Numbered from the stretch's first letter, positions 20,321 through 33,817 are shown. The stretch is DNA of 64,000 nucleotides from an uncultured beta proteobacterium (GCA_963824135.1 CAWGOH010000008.1:22-64021); one strand, 5' to 3'. Numbers and translations: made by a program. The notes: generated by a model from the sequence alone, not told the origin.

Positions 20321-20686
20321 ATGAACCCCTATGTAGTCTTCCTCCTGTACATGGCCGCGATCCTCGGCGTCGTGGCCCTGATGCTATTGCTCAACAAGGT
20401 CCTCGGCCCGAAGCCGAAGGACACCGAGACGAAGCTCGAGCCCTTCGAGTGCGGCGCCACGCCGGTCGACACCCACAACGTCAAGGCGGTGCCGATCAAG
20501 TACTACGCGGTCGCCATCATCTTCATCCTGTTCGACCTCGAGACCGTCTTCCTCTTCATCTGGGCGCTGGGAGCCAAGCCCCTGACCGGCTTCATGCTGT
20601 TCACGCTCGGGCTCTTCGTGGCCCTGCTGGTCCTCATCCTCCTGTACGTCTACAAGGCGCGCCTGCTGGAGGCCGTCCGCGAATGA
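20321..20686 (+). CDS. nuoA: NADH-quinone oxidoreductase subunit A
   Basis: 121-aa, 3-TM ORF with the conserved EPFECG motif; first gene of a collinear nuoA-N set. Confidence 0.9.
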   Translation: MNPYVVFLLYMAAILGVVALMLLLNKVLGPKPKDTETKLEPFECGATPVDTHNVKAVPIKYYAVAIIFILFDLETVFLFIWALGAKPLTGFMLFTLGLFVALLVLILLYVYKARLLEAVRE

Positions 20687-21210
20687 GCGAAGGCAAGCGG
20701 ATCATTCCCATCGAGCCGGCCGGCGCCCCGGGCAGGAGCGCGGCGTTCGAGTACATCTCGACCCGCAAGGACGAGCTCGTCGGCTGGGCGCGCAAGTTCT
20801 CGATCTTCCCCTACCCGTTCGTCACCGCCTGCTGCGCCATGGAGTTCATGGCGGTGAGCTCGACGCCCTACGACACGGACCGGTTCGGGGCGGCCCTGCC
20901 GCGCTTCTCGCCGCGGCAGTCGGACCTGCTCATGGTCGTGGGCACGGTCACCCACAAGCAGGCCCCGATCCTGCTCAAGGTGTACGAGCAGATGTGCGAG
21001 CCGAAGTGGGTGATGGCCTTCGGCGTGTGCGCCACCAGCGGCGGCTTCTACCAGAACTACGCGGCGCTGCCGGGCATCGACCGCGTCATCCCCGTCGACG
21101 TCTACATTCCCGGGTGCCCGCCGCGCCCCGAGACCGTGATCGACGGGATCATGCAGCTGCAGGACAAGATCGCGCGCGAGAAGCACATGATCGTCACGAA
21201 GGACTTCTGA
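20683..21210 (+). CDS. nuoB: NADH-quinone oxidoreductase subunit B
   Basis: FPYPFVTACCAMEF..GVCATSGG..IPGCPPRPE (N2 cluster ligands). The ATG overlaps the nuoA stop (ATGA). Confidence 0.92.
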   Translation: MSEGKRIIPIEPAGAPGRSAAFEYISTRKDELVGWARKFSIFPYPFVTACCAMEFMAVSSTPYDTDRFGAALPRFSPRQSDLLMVVGTVTHKQAPILLKVYEQMCEPKWVMAFGVCATSGGFYQNYAALPGIDRVIPVDVYIPGCPPRPETVIDGIMQLQDKIAREKHMIVTKDF

Positions 21211-21215
21211 AAGAC

Positions 21216-21704
21216 ATGGGCGCCGAGGTTTTCGACCGGATCGCGAACCGCCTGACCGAAAGGGAGGGGGAGATCGCGGTATCGCACGGCATCCTGGTCG
21301 TGAACCTCGCGCCCGGGGCGGTCCTCGCGGCCGCGCGCGCCCTGCGGGACGAGCTCGGCTTCGACGTCTTCCTCGACGTGACGGCCGTCGACTGGCCGGG
21401 CCGCGACCCGCGCTTCGACGTGGTATGGCACCTCTACTCGAGCGCCGGCAAGGTGCGCGTGCGCCTGAAGGCGGGCGTCGCGGAGGCGGACCCCGTCGTG
21501 CCCTCCCTCACCGCGCTCTACGGCTCGGCCGCGTTCATGGAGCGCGAGTGCCACGACATGTACGGCATCGCCTTCGAGGGCAACGCCGACCTGCGCCCGA
21601 TCCTGCTCTACGAGGGCTTCGTCGGGCACCCGCTGCGCAAGGACTACCCGAAGGAGCGCGAGCAGCCGCTCGTGCCCTATCGCGAAGGCTGGGGGGAGCG
21701 CTAG
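21216..21704 (+). CDS. nuoC: NADH-quinone oxidoreductase subunit C
   Basis: LTALYGSAAFMERECHDMYGIAFEGN..LRKDYP is typical NuoC. It is separate from NuoD. Confidence 0.9.
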   Translation: MGAEVFDRIANRLTEREGEIAVSHGILVVNLAPGAVLAAARALRDELGFDVFLDVTAVDWPGRDPRFDVVWHLYSSAGKVRVRLKAGVAEADPVVPSLTALYGSAAFMERECHDMYGIAFEGNADLRPILLYEGFVGHPLRKDYPKEREQPLVPYREGWGER

Positions 21705-21712
21705 CGAAGGCC

Positions 21713-22936
21713 ATGGCAGCCAACCCCCGCATCGCCAATCCCGTGCGCTCCGCCTTCGCCCCCGGCGAGCGCGACGACACGGTCGTGGTGTCGATCGGCC
21801 CGTCGCACCCGGCCACCCACGGCACCATCCAGATCTTCGCCGAGCTCTCCGGCGAGCGCGTCATCCGCGCGGACGTGCACTGCGGGTACCTGCACCGCGG
21901 CTTCGAGAAGGAGTGCGAGGCGCACACCTGGCACAACTGCATCCCGTACATGGACCGGCTGAACTACTGCTCGCCGCTCATCAACGACTTCGCCTACTGC
22001 GACGCCGTCGAGCGGCTGATGGGCGTGGAGATCACCCGCCGGGCCGTGGTCCTGCGCACGCTCCTGTCGGAGTACTCGCGCCTGTGCGACCACATCACCT
22101 GCATCGCGGCGACCCTCATGGAGCTGGGGGCGATGACCGCCTTCCTCTACCTGGTGATGATCCGCGACTACATGTACGAGCACATCGCGGCGCTCACCGG
22201 GGCCCGGGTCACGCACTCGTACGGGCGCATCGGGGGCCTCGCGCACGACCTGCCCCCGGGCTGGCTCGCGCGCCTGGAGGAGATCCTCGTCCAGAGCGAC
22301 GACTTCGTGGGGCGCGTGCACGGGCTCGTGGACAGGAACCGCATCTTCATCGACCGCATGCGCGACGTGGGCGTCCTCTCGCAGGCCGACGCCCTCTCCT
22401 ACGGCTACACCGGGCCGATGCTGCGCTCCACCGGGCTCGCCATGGACCTGCGCAAGGACACGCCCTACCTCGCCTACCCCGAGCTCGACTTCGAGGTCCC
22501 CGTCGGCATCAAGGGCGACAACTACGACCGCTACTACGTGCGCATGCGCGAGATCGACGAGTCGGTGCACATGATCCGCCAGTGCGTGGAGATGCTCGAG
22601 CCCGGCCCGATCAACGTGGACGACCGCCGCTGCACCTTCCCCGAGAAGCCCCTGGTGTACGGCGAGATCGAGTCGCTCATCAACCACTTCAAGCTGGTGA
22701 TGGAGGGCCCGCGGGTCCCCGCCGGCGAGATCTACGCGGCGCACGAGGGGGCCAACGGCGAGCTGGGCTTCTACATCGTCTCCACCGGCGAGGGCACGCC
22801 GTACAAGGTGCACTGCCGCGCGCCGAGCTTCGTGCACATGGGCGGCGCGCACAAGATGCTCGAGGGCTACCAGCTCGCGGACCTCGTGCCCACCTTCGGC
22901 TCGATCAACATGATCGGCGGGGAGTGCGACCGGTGA
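21713..22936 (+). CDS. nuoD: NADH-quinone oxidoreductase subunit D
   Basis: GPSHPATHG, HCGYLHRGFEK, DRLNYCS and the C-terminal INMIGGECDR are NuoD signatures. Intact 407 aa. Confidence 0.93.
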   Translation: MAANPRIANPVRSAFAPGERDDTVVVSIGPSHPATHGTIQIFAELSGERVIRADVHCGYLHRGFEKECEAHTWHNCIPYMDRLNYCSPLINDFAYCDAVERLMGVEITRRAVVLRTLLSEYSRLCDHITCIAATLMELGAMTAFLYLVMIRDYMYEHIAALTGARVTHSYGRIGGLAHDLPPGWLARLEEILVQSDDFVGRVHGLVDRNRIFIDRMRDVGVLSQADALSYGYTGPMLRSTGLAMDLRKDTPYLAYPELDFEVPVGIKGDNYDRYYVRMREIDESVHMIRQCVEMLEPGPINVDDRRCTFPEKPLVYGEIESLINHFKLVMEGPRVPAGEIYAAHEGANGELGFYIVSTGEGTPYKVHCRAPSFVHMGGAHKMLEGYQLADLVPTFGSINMIGGECDR

Positions 22937-23396
22937 GGCACCTCATCCCCGAGTTCGAGAAGATGAAGGAGCGCTACCCGGCCGGCTTCGAGTCCTCGCT
23001 CGTGCTGCCGTGCCTGCGCCGCATCCAGGAGGACCGCGGCTTCGTGGCGGAGGAGGACATCAAGGGCCTCGTCGAGTACCTCGGCGTGCCGCGCATCCAG
23101 GTGGAGGAGGTCCTCTCCTACTACACGATGCTGCGCAGGAAGCCCGTCGGGAAGTACCACCTGCAGGCGTGCCGCAACATCGCCTGCTCGATGCGCGGCT
23201 CCGAAGGCGTCATCGCCCACCTGTGCGCGAAGCTCGGCGTGAAGCCCGGCGGGACCACGGCCGACGGGCGCTTCACCGTCACCGAGGTCGAGTGCCTGGG
23301 CTCCTGCGGCACCGCGCCCGTGGTGATGGTGAACGAGGCGTACCACGAGAACATGAGCGCCGAGAAGCTCGACCGGCTGATCGAGGGGTTGAAATA

Positions 23397-23397
<1 letters not shown>
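22933..23397 (+). CDS. nuoE: NADH-quinone oxidoreductase subunit E
   Basis: ACRNIACSMRGS..VECLGSCGTAP (2Fe-2S ligands). The GTG start overlaps the nuoD stop (GTGA). Confidence 0.88.
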
Positions 23398-24674
<1,277 letters not shown>

Positions 24675-24687
<13 letters not shown>

Positions 24688-26117
24688 CCATCGACGGGCG
24701 CGAGATCGAGGCCGCCGCCGGCCAGACCGTCATGGAGGCGGCGACGGCGGCGGGGATCTTCATCCCCTACTTCTGCTGGCACCCGAAGCTCTCGGTGCCG
24801 GGCAACTGCCGCATCTGCGTCGTGGGCGTCGAGGACAAGGGCGGCGAGTGGGTGGAGATCGCCTGCAACATGCCGGTCACCGAGGGGATGGTGGTCTTCA
24901 CCAACTCCGAGAAGGTGCGCGCGCGCCGCAAGGCCACGATGCAGTTCATCACGCTCAACCACCCGGTCGACTGCGGCATCTGCGACAAGGCGGGCGAGTG
25001 CACGCTGCAGGACTACCACTACGAGTACAACGGCGAGCGCTCGGTCTCCATCGACGCCAAGGCGCACGCCACCAAGCACTACGACCTCTCCGAGCGCATC
25101 GTCCTCGACAACGAGCGCTGCATCCAGTGCACGCGCTGCGTGCGCTTCACGCGCGAGGTCTCGAAGTCGAACGGGCTGGGCATGCAGAACCGCGCCGACC
25201 ACTCGCTGGTGCGCGCCGCCGAGGACGGCAGCTTCGCCCTCGATGCGTACTCCGACAACGTGATCGACATCTGCCCGGTCGGGGCGCTCCTGTCGCGCTC
25301 CTTCCTGCACAAGGCGCGCGTCTGGTACCTGAAGCCCACGGCCTCGGTGTGCCCGGGCTGCGCCCGCGGCTGCACGGTGAACCTCTGGCACCGCAAGGAC
25401 GAGTGGCGCCTGCGCGCCCCCGGCATGCAGGCGGCCAACGCGTCCATCGACCGCGTGACCCCGCTCGAGAACCCGGCCGTCAACGGCCCGTGGATCTGCA
25501 ACAAGGGGCGCGACCTGCCGCAACTGCTCGGCCGCGCGCGCGCCGAGGGGGCGATGCTCAAGGGCAAGCCCGCCGATCTCGCCGCCGCCATCGCGCAGGC
25601 GCGCAGCCTCGTCGCCGGCGCCCGGCGCCCGGTCGCGGTCGTCTCGAGCTGGGGATCCAACGAGGAGCTCGCGGCCTTCAAGGCGGCCTTCGGCACGAGG
25701 TTCGATGCCTTCGTGAAGGCCGACCACCAGCCCGAGCCCGGCGAGGTCGTCGAGGATTCGCTGCTCATCCGCGCCGACAAGAACCCCAACACCGCGGGCG
25801 CCGTCGCCCTGTTCGGCGATCGTCCCCCGGCCATCCCGAAGGACGCGGACCTGGTCCTCGTCTGGGGCGAGGGCCTCGATTTCGGCCTCATCCCCCCGGC
25901 GGCGAAGATCGTGTACCTCAACGCCTGGCTGCAGCCGGAGAACGGGCACGCCGACGTCTTCATCCCGACCAGCATCCAGACGGAGCGGGACGGCCACTAC
26001 ACCAACTTCGCGGGCGTCACGGGCGCCTTCTCGAAGTGCTTCGCGAAGTCCGCGCGCGTGGCGCACGCGCAGGAGCTCTTCGCGGCCCTCGCGGCGAAGG
26101 ACGGAGGCGGCGAATGA
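24675..26117 (+). CDS. nuoG: NADH-quinone oxidoreductase subunit G, short form (480 aa)
   Basis: 2Fe-2S (CWHPKLSVPGNCRIC), HPVDCGICDKAGEC, CIQCTRCVRF..DICPVGAL and CPGCARGC motifs. The protein ends about 300 aa earlier than the canonical forms I know. It overlaps nuoF by 13 nt. Confidence 0.88.
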
Positions 26118-27253
26118 TCGCGGACCTCGTCATCTCGCTCGTCTTCATCGGCTACGCGATCAGCGTCCTGATGGGGTTCGGCACGATCCTCACCTGGGTG
26201 GAGCGCAAGCAGGCCGCGGTGATGAGCGACCGGATCGGGGCCAACCGGGCGTACATCCGCATCCCCTTCACCAACGTGAAGCTCGTGTGGTGGGGGCTCT
26301 TCCACGGCATGGCCGACGGCCTGAAGATGCTCCTCAAGGAGGACTTCAAGCCGCGCACCTACGACTGGTACGCGTACGCGGTGGCGCCGTGGGTCGTGTT
26401 CACGCCGGTGCTGCTCGTCTTCGCCGTGATCCCGTTCGGCGGCGCGCTCACCCCGGCGCGGCTCTGGGAGCCGCTCGCCGCCTTCTTCGGCGACAAGACC
26501 TACTACATGCAGATCGCGAAGCTGGACGCGGGCCTGCTCATCATCTTCGCCTTCAGCGGCCTGCCGATCATCGGCGCGATGCTGGCCGGCTGGTCCTCGT
26601 CCAACAAGTTCTCGCTCCTGGGGGCGCTGCGCGCGGGCTCGCAGATGATCTCCTACGAGCTGGTGCTGGGCCTCACGACGCTCGGGCTCATCCTCATCTA
26701 CGGGACGGTGGACCTGGACGCGATCGTGCGCCACCAGTCCGGGACCGTGCTGGGGTTCGTGCCGGCCTGGGGCATCGTCTACCAGCCCTTCGCCGCGACG
26801 CTCTTCCTGGCCGCCGCGATCGCCGAGAACAAGCGCATCCCCTTCGACCTGCCGGAGGCCGAGAGCGAGCTCATCGCGGGCTACTTCACCGAGTACAGCG
26901 CGATGAAGATGGGCCTGTTCATGTTCGCGGAGTTCATCGAGATCGCGATCATCGGGGCGCTCTTCACGACCCTGTTCCTGGGCGGCTACAACCTGCCGTA
27001 CATGACGGACGCGGGGTTCGCCTTCCCCGGCGGCGCGGCCGTCGCGATGCCGCACGCGGCGGTCGTCGTCACGCAGCTGGGCGTGTTCCTCCTCAAGGTC
27101 TTCCTCGTGTGCAGCTTCCAGATCCTCATCCGCTGGACCCTGCCGCGCTTCCGCTACGACCAGGTGCTCCTGTTCGCCTGGAAGTTCATGTTCCCGCTCG
27201 CGCTCGCGAACCTCGTCGTGACCGCGGTGGTCGTCTGGGCGGTGCGCGCATGA
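26114..27253 (+). CDS. nuoH: NADH-quinone oxidoreductase subunit H
   Basis: WVERK..A.MSDRIGANR, GWSSSNKFSLLGALR and AESELIAGYFTEYS motifs. ATGA overlap with nuoG. Confidence 0.92.
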   Translation: MIADLVISLVFIGYAISVLMGFGTILTWVERKQAAVMSDRIGANRAYIRIPFTNVKLVWWGLFHGMADGLKMLLKEDFKPRTYDWYAYAVAPWVVFTPVLLVFAVIPFGGALTPARLWEPLAAFFGDKTYYMQIAKLDAGLLIIFAFSGLPIIGAMLAGWSSSNKFSLLGALRAGSQMISYELVLGLTTLGLILIYGTVDLDAIVRHQSGTVLGFVPAWGIVYQPFAATLFLAAAIAENKRIPFDLPEAESELIAGYFTEYSAMKMGLFMFAEFIEIAIIGALFTTLFLGGYNLPYMTDAGFAFPGGAAVAMPHAAVVVTQLGVFLLKVFLVCSFQILIRWTLPRFRYDQVLLFAWKFMFPLALANLVVTAVVVWAVRA

Positions 27254-27832
27254 GCAGGAAGCCCCACGTCCGCAAGCAGTACTGGAACGAGCCCGTGATG
27301 GGCCTGTGGGAGAAGGCGTACCTGCCCGAGATCCTGCGCGGCCTCGCGATCACGGGCGGCGTGTTCCTGCGCAACATGTTCAAGTGGGTCACCGGCCGCA
27401 AGGGCGCGCTCACCACCTACTACCCCGAGGAGACGCGCTGGGACTACGCCCCCGCCAACCGCGGCAAGCACGTGCTCACGCGCCGGGCCGACGGCTCGCC
27501 GCAGTGCGTCGCCTGCAACATGTGCGCCACGGTGTGCCCGGCCAAGGTGATCGAGATCGAGGCGGGCTTCGACCCCGCCGACAGCGCGCACCCGAAGTAC
27601 CCGGTGCGCTTCGAGATCGACTATTCGCGCTGCGTCTTCTGCGGCCTGTGCGTGGAGGCCTGCCCCGAGGACGCGATCCGCATGGCGAAGGAAGTGCCCG
27701 AACCTCCCCACCGGCGACCGCTGGACCATGTGGCTGGGCAAGGAAGAGCTCCTCGAGTGGCAGCCGCAGTCCGACGTCGCCAAGCCCTATCCCCCGGCCC
27801 CGCCGCGCGCGGCGGGCGGAGAACGCGGATGA
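27250..27832 (+). CDS. nuoI: NADH-quinone oxidoreductase subunit I (one frame break near 27700)
   Basis: Two 4Fe-4S motifs: CVACNMCATVCP and CVFCGLCVEACP. The tail continues in another frame to a TGA that overlaps the nuoJ ATG. Confidence 0.88.
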
Positions 27833-28357
27833 ACGAATTCCTGGCCCAACTCGACACGCTGCTCCTGTGGGCGTTCGCCGGGTGCGCGTTCGCGAGCGCG
27901 GCGGCCATGCTGGTCCTCAGGCAGCCGATGCGGGTGGCCATCGCCCTGGTGTCCTGCATGGTGTTCCTGGGCGGGGTGTACGGCCTGCTGGGCCTGCACT
28001 TCATCGCCGCCTTCCAGGTGCTCATCTACGTGGGCGCGGTGATGGTGTTCATGGTCTACGCCATCATGCTGCTCGACCCGCGCGACGAATCCGGCGGCGA
28101 GAAGTTCTCGAAGCTCCTGTGGCCCGGCATCATCGGCCTGTCGCTGCTGGCCGAGGCGCTCGCCGTGGGGTACTGGAGCGACCTGCCGGCCGCCGCCGCG
28201 CGGCGCCGCCGGCGAGCCCTTCGACATCATCCGCTTCTCGCAGGCCTTCCTGTCCGAGTACTGGCTGCACTTCGAGCTCACCTCGGTGCTGCTGCTCGCG
28301 GCGGTGGTCGCGGCGCTGGCCGTCATCAAGGAAAACCAAAGGCACGACCATGGATAA
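27829..28357 (+). CDS. nuoJ: NADH-quinone oxidoreductase subunit J (one frame break near 28200)
   Basis: FIAAFQVLIYVGAVMVFMVYAIML is typical NuoJ. The C-terminus FSQAFLSEYWLHFELTSVLLLAAVVAA is in the next frame. Confidence 0.85.
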
Positions 28358-28652
28358 GGTCCAGATGCTCCAGGTCCTGGCGGCCTCGCTCTTCGCGCTG
28401 GGGCTCACGGGCGTCATCATCCGGCGCAACGTGCTGGTGATGCTCATGTGCATGGAGCTGATGCTCAACGGCGTGAACCTGAGCCTCGCCACCTTCGCGC
28501 ACACCCTGGGCTCGGCCGTCGGCGCCGTGCTCGTGTTCCTGATCTTCGTCGTGGCGGCCGCGGAGATCGCGATCGCCATCCCGGTCGTGCTGCTCCTGGT
28601 GCGCCGCAAGCGCACGCTGGACATCGAGTCCTACTCGGACCTCAAGGGCTAG
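28350..28652 (+). CDS. nuoK: NADH-quinone oxidoreductase subunit K
   Basis: 100-aa, 3-TM ORF with MCMELMLNGVNL..AAAEIAIA. Overlaps nuoJ by 8 nt. Confidence 0.9.
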   Translation: MDKVQMLQVLAASLFALGLTGVIIRRNVLVMLMCMELMLNGVNLSLATFAHTLGSAVGAVLVFLIFVVAAAEIAIAIPVVLLLVRRKRTLDIESYSDLKG

Positions 28653-28658
28653 CGCGCC

Positions 28659-30537
28659 ATGGGACTGCTCACCCTCATCGTCCTCCTGCCCCTCCTGGGG
28701 TTCGTGCTGAACGGCCTCCTGGGAAACCGCCTGGGCAAGGGCTTCGTGACGGCGGTGGGCTGCGGGATGCCGGCCATCGCCTTCGCGGTGACCATCAAGT
28801 GCTTCCTGGACCTGCAGGGCGGCGGCTGGGCGCCGATCGCCGAGACCGCCTACGTCTGGACGATGGTGGGGCAGGACAGCTTCGAGGTCGCCTTCTGGTT
28901 CGACCGCCTGACGGCGGTGATGGCGCTCATCGTGACCGGCGTGGGCACGCTGATCCACGTCTACTCCACCGGCTACATGCACGAGGACAAGAGCTACGCG
29001 CGCTACTTCGCGTACCTGAACCTCTTCCTCTTCTTCATGCTGCTGCTGGTGCTGGGCAAGTCGCTGCTCGTGCTCTTCGTGGGCTGGGAGGGCGTGGGCC
29101 TGGCTTCCTACCTGCTCATCGGCTTCTGGTTCGGCGACATGGAGAAGGCCGCCGCCGGCAAGAAGGCCTTCATCGTGAACCGGATCGGCGACGCCGGGTT
29201 CCTCCTGGGCATGTTCGTGATCTACTCGGCGGTCGGCACCCTCGACATGCCGCACATCAACCAGGCGTTCACGGGCGGCGCGGTCCCGGCGGTCTCGGCG
29301 AGCCTGGTGGGCCTCCTCCTGTTCATCGGCGCCACCGGCAAGTCGGCGCAGATCCCGCTCTACGTGTGGCTGCCGGACGCCATGGCGGGCCCGACGCCCG
29401 TCTCCGCGCTCATCCACGCGGCCACGATGGTGACGGCGGGCGTGTACCTGGTGGCCCGCATGTCGGGCATCTACCTGAACGCGCCCGAGGCCTCGACGGT
29501 CATCACCGCGGTGGGCGCGCTCACCGCCCTCATGGCCGCCACCATCGCGCTGGCCCAGGACGACATCAAGAAGGTGCTCGCGTACTCGACCGTCTCGCAG
29601 CTCGGGTTCATGTTCGTGGCCCTGGGCGTGGGCGCCTACGGCGTGGCGGTGTTCCACGTCTACACCCACGCGTTCTTCAAGGCCTGCCTCTTCCTGGGCG
29701 CCGGCAGCGTGATCCACGCCATGTCGGGCGAGCAGGACATCAAGAAGATGGGCGGGCCTCGCGAAGAAGATCCCCATCACCTTCTTCACCTTCGCGCTCG
29801 CCACCGCCGCCATCGCCGGCATCCCGCCCCTTGCCGGGTTCTTCTCGAAGGACGAGATCCTCTGGTACGCGCTCGCGAGCGATCGCGGCGGCTCCTGGCT
29901 GCTCCTCGCGGTGATGGCCTCCACGGCGCTGCTCACCGCGTTCTACATGTTCCGCCTGCTGTGGCTCACGTTCTTCGGCAAGCCGCGCATGCTCAAGGAC
30001 GTGGAGCACCACATCCACGAGTCGCCGCCCTCGATGACGGGCGTCCTCGTGGTGCTCGCGCTCCTGTCGGCGGTGGGCGGGTTCCTGTCGATCCCGCACT
30101 TCCTGGAGCCGATGCTGGCCCTGCCCGGCGTGAAGCCCGGCATGGACGCCTTCCACTACTTCGTCGTCGGGGGCTCGATCGCGATCGCCCTGGCGGGCCT
30201 GGCGGGCGCGGCGTTCTTCTTCGGGGGCGAGGCCCTGCCCGCGGCCCGGATCAAGGCGTCCTTCGCGGGCCTGTACCGCGTCCTCAACAACAAGTACTAC
30301 GTCGACGAGTTCTACGACCGGGCCATCAACCGGCCGCTCCTGTGGATCTCGGACGCGGTCTTCCTCAAGGTCGGCGACCGGCTCCTCGTCGACGGCACCC
30401 TGAACGGGCTCGCCGCGCTGGCGCAGCGCGCCGCCGGGCGCCTGTCGCGGGTGCAGACCGGCAGCCTCCACAAGTACGCCTTCATGGTGCTCGCCGGCAT
30501 GGTGGCGAGCCTCGTCTGGATGTGGCGCAATGGCTGA
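28659..30537 (+). CDS. nuoL: NADH-quinone oxidoreductase subunit L (one frame break near 29755)
   Basis: [48 protein letters not shown], then [16 protein letters not shown] and the long amphipathic C-terminus in ORF 29911-30537. Confidence 0.9.
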
Positions 30538-32097
30538 CGGCACGATCCTCTCGCTGGTCCTGTACCTGCCGCTGGCGGGCATGCTCGCCATCGCGGCCCT
30601 TCCCGCGGGACGCGGCGGCGCGGTGCGCGCCCTCACGCTCGCCGTGATGGTCGTGCAGTTCCTCCTCTCGCTCGTCCTGTACGCGAACTTCGACCCGGCG
30701 GTGCCGGGGCTGCAGGCCGCGACGCGCGTGCCGTGGATCCCGGCCTGGGGCGTGAACTACATCATCGGGCTGGACGGCTACAACATCCTGCTGGTGGTCC
30801 TCACGACCTTCCTGGGCCCGCTGGTCACGGCCGGCGCCTTCAGCGCGATCACCAAGGAGGTGAAGCTCTTCTACGCGATGGTCTTCCTCATCCAGTTCGC
30901 GATGCTGGGGACCTTCGTCGCGCAGGACCTGTTCCTGTTCTACCTCTTCTGGGAGGCGATGCTGATCCCGATGTTCCTCATCATCGGCATCTGGGGCGGC
31001 GAGCGGCGCATCTACGCGACGATCAAGTTCTTCCTCTACACGGCCTTCGGCAGCATCCTCATGCTCGCCGCGGTGATCTACCTCGTGTGGTCGCTCTGGA
31101 GCACCACGGGCGTCGAACTCCTTCGCCTTCGCGGACCTCTACAAGGCGAGGCTGCCGCTCGAGACCCAGCAGTGGCTGCTCGCGGCCTTCGCGCTCTCCT
31201 TCGCGATCAAGGTGCCGATGGTGCCCTTCCACACCTGGCTGCCCGACGCCCACGTCGAGGCGCCCACCGCGGGCTCCGTGATCCTGGCCGGCGTGCTCCT
31301 GAAGATGGGGACCTACGGCTTCATGAAGCTGGGCTTCCCGCTCTTCCCGGACGCCACGCGCATGGCGGCCCCGCTCCTCGCGTGGCTCTCGGTGCTCTCC
31401 ATCGTCTACGGCGCCTGCCTCGCCCTCGTGCAGACGGACATCAAGAAGATCATCGCCTACTCCTCCATCAGCCACCTGGGCTACGTGATGCTGGGCCTGG
31501 TGAGCCTGGACCTCCTGGGCATCCAGGGCGCCATCGTGCAGATGGTGAGCCACGGCCTGGTCGCCGCCGGGCTCTTCCTCATGGTCGGGATGATCTACGA
31601 GCGCTGCCACACCCGCGAGCTCGCGGCCTACGGCGGCCTCGCCAAGGTGCTGCCCGGTGTACTCGGTCTTCTTCCTCATCCTCACGCTCGCCTCCGTGGG
31701 CCTGCCCACGACCAGCGGCTTCACCGGCGAGTTCCTCGTGCTCATGGGCGCCTTCAACGCCGCCTGGAAGCCCGGGGCGGTCACGATCCCGCTGGGGGCG
31801 GCGGGCCTCGCGGTCACGGGCGTGGTGCTGGGCGCGCTCTACATGCTGTGGTTCGCGCAGCGCTTCCTCTTCGGCGCCGAGCGCGTGCCGCACGCCCCCG
31901 TGGCGGACCTCGACCTGCGGGAGAAGTCCATCCTCGCGATCCTCGTGGCGGCGGTGTTCTGGCTCGGGCTCTTCCCCGACTCCGCCATGAAGCGCACCGA
32001 GCTCGCCGCGCGCGAGTACCAGGAACTGGTCGCCTCGCCGCGCATCCCCGCGGCGACGAAGCTGACCGGGACGCCCCCGGTGGAGGCGGCGAAATGA
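30530..32097 (+). CDS. nuoM: NADH-quinone oxidoreductase subunit M (two frame breaks near 31110 and 31655)
   Basis: [55 protein letters not shown] and [12 protein letters not shown] lie in three successive frames. Confidence 0.9.
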
Positions 32098-33480
32098 ACT
32101 TCACGGCCGTGCTCCATCGCGATGGCCCCCGAGCACCTGCTGCTCGCGGGCATCGTGAGCCTGCTGGTCCTCGAGATCTTCTCCGACAAGCCCAACGCCG
32201 CGCTGCCGCTCGCGGTGGCCTTCGTGGCCGCGGCCGCGGGAGCGGCGGCCTGGCTGGGATTCACGGGCTACGTGGGCGCCCCGTTCCCGGGCCAGTTCGA
32301 CCTCACGCCGCCGGCCTCCTTCGCCAAGGCGCTGGTGCTCGCGCTGGCGGTGCCGGTGCTCCTTTTCTCGAAGGACGACTTCGGCAGGGGCGAGTTCTAC
32401 CCGCTCATCCTCTCCTCGCTCTACGGCATCTGCCTCCTCGCCTCGGCGGAGAGCTTCCTCACGCTCTTCCTGGGCATCGAGCTCATGTCGATCCCCGTCT
32501 ACGTGCTCGTGCTCCTGGGCTTTCGCCGCCCCGAGAGCGCGGAGGCCGCCCTCAAGTACCTGGTCCTCTCCGGCACGGCGAGCGCCTCGTTCCTCATGGG
32601 CGCCTCGCTCATCTACGGCTCCACCGGATCCCTCGCGCTCGAGAGCTTCGCGCTGGCCATGGGCTCGCCGCGCCTGCTGGCCGGCACGGCCGTCGTGATG
32701 GTCGTCTCGGCGTTCTTCCTGAAGGCCGCGATCGTGCCTTTCCACGGCTGGGCGCCGGACGCCTACGAGGCCGCCAGCGTGCCCTCCACGGCCTTCATGG
32801 CGGTGCTGGTGAAGGTGGGCGTGCTGATCGCCGCGGCGCGCGTCTTCGGGACGGCGCACGTGGCCGAGCCGCTCGCCGGGCTCCTCGCCATCCTGCCGCT
32901 CGCCTCGATCGTGTGGGGCAACCTCGCGGCGATCCGCCAGGCGGGGCTGCGGCGCATGATCGCCTACTCGTCGATCGCGCACGCGGGCTACCTCTTCTTC
33001 GCCTTCCTGGGCGACGGGCCGGGGCGCTTCCAGGCGGTGATGTTCTACCTCGCGGCCTACGGCGTCATGAACCTGCTCGCCTTCGCGGCGCTGCCTTCGC
33101 ACCCGGTGGACGCCGAGCGCGACAAGCTCGACAACCTGAAGGGCCTGTTCCACACGCACCCGCTCGCGGCGCTGCTCATCGGCATGGCGATGCTCTCGCT
33201 CGCCGGCATCCCGCCGTTCCCGGGCTTCATCGGCAAGTTCCTCATCTTCAAGAACGTGATGGCGGCGGGCTACACGACCTACGCCGTGCTGGGCCTGGTG
33301 GGCAGCTACCTCGGCATCTACTTCTACCTGCGCGTGATCCAGTACATGTTCATGACCCCGCAGGCGGCCGCCTCCGGGCACGCGCCCTCGCGCGGCATCG
33401 CCATGGGCGCGAGCCTGCTGTGCCTGGCGGGCTCCATCCTGATCGCGGTCCTGCCGGGCCTCTTCCTCGCCCGGTTCTAG
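32094..33480 (+). CDS. nuoN: NADH-quinone oxidoreductase subunit N (probable frame break near 32115; the uninterrupted ORF starts at 32122)
   Basis: [33 protein letters not shown] and [10 protein letters not shown] motifs. ATG 32094 overlaps the nuoM stop (ATGA), as at the other junctions. Confidence 0.88.
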
Positions 33481-33486
33481 CCGGCT

Positions 33487-33817
33487 TCAGTCCGGAAACA
33501 GCAGCGCGTACACGCGGTCCCGGTAGGTGCGCGAGAGCACCAGCTCCACGCCGTCGTCCAGCGTGATGGCCTGGTCGCCCGCGTGGATCGGCTCGATCGA
33601 CTTCACGCGCTCGATGTTCACGAAGGTCGAGCGGTGGATGCGCACGATGTTCATCTGCGGCCAGCCGCGCCTCCATGTCGCGCATGGTGTTGCGCACCGT
33701 GAAGCGCTCCTTGCCGACGTGGAAGACGAGGTAGTTGCCGGCGGCCTCGACCCAGTCGATGGCCGAGAGTTCCACGAGCACCGTTCGGGAGCCCGCCTTC
33801 AACGCCAGTCGCTTCAT
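33487..33817 (-). CDS. Stand-alone LytTR DNA-binding domain protein (one frame break near 33650)
   Basis: [33 protein letters not shown] is in one frame; [32 protein letters not shown] is in the next. No receiver domain upstream. GGAGA lies before the ATG. Confidence 0.65.
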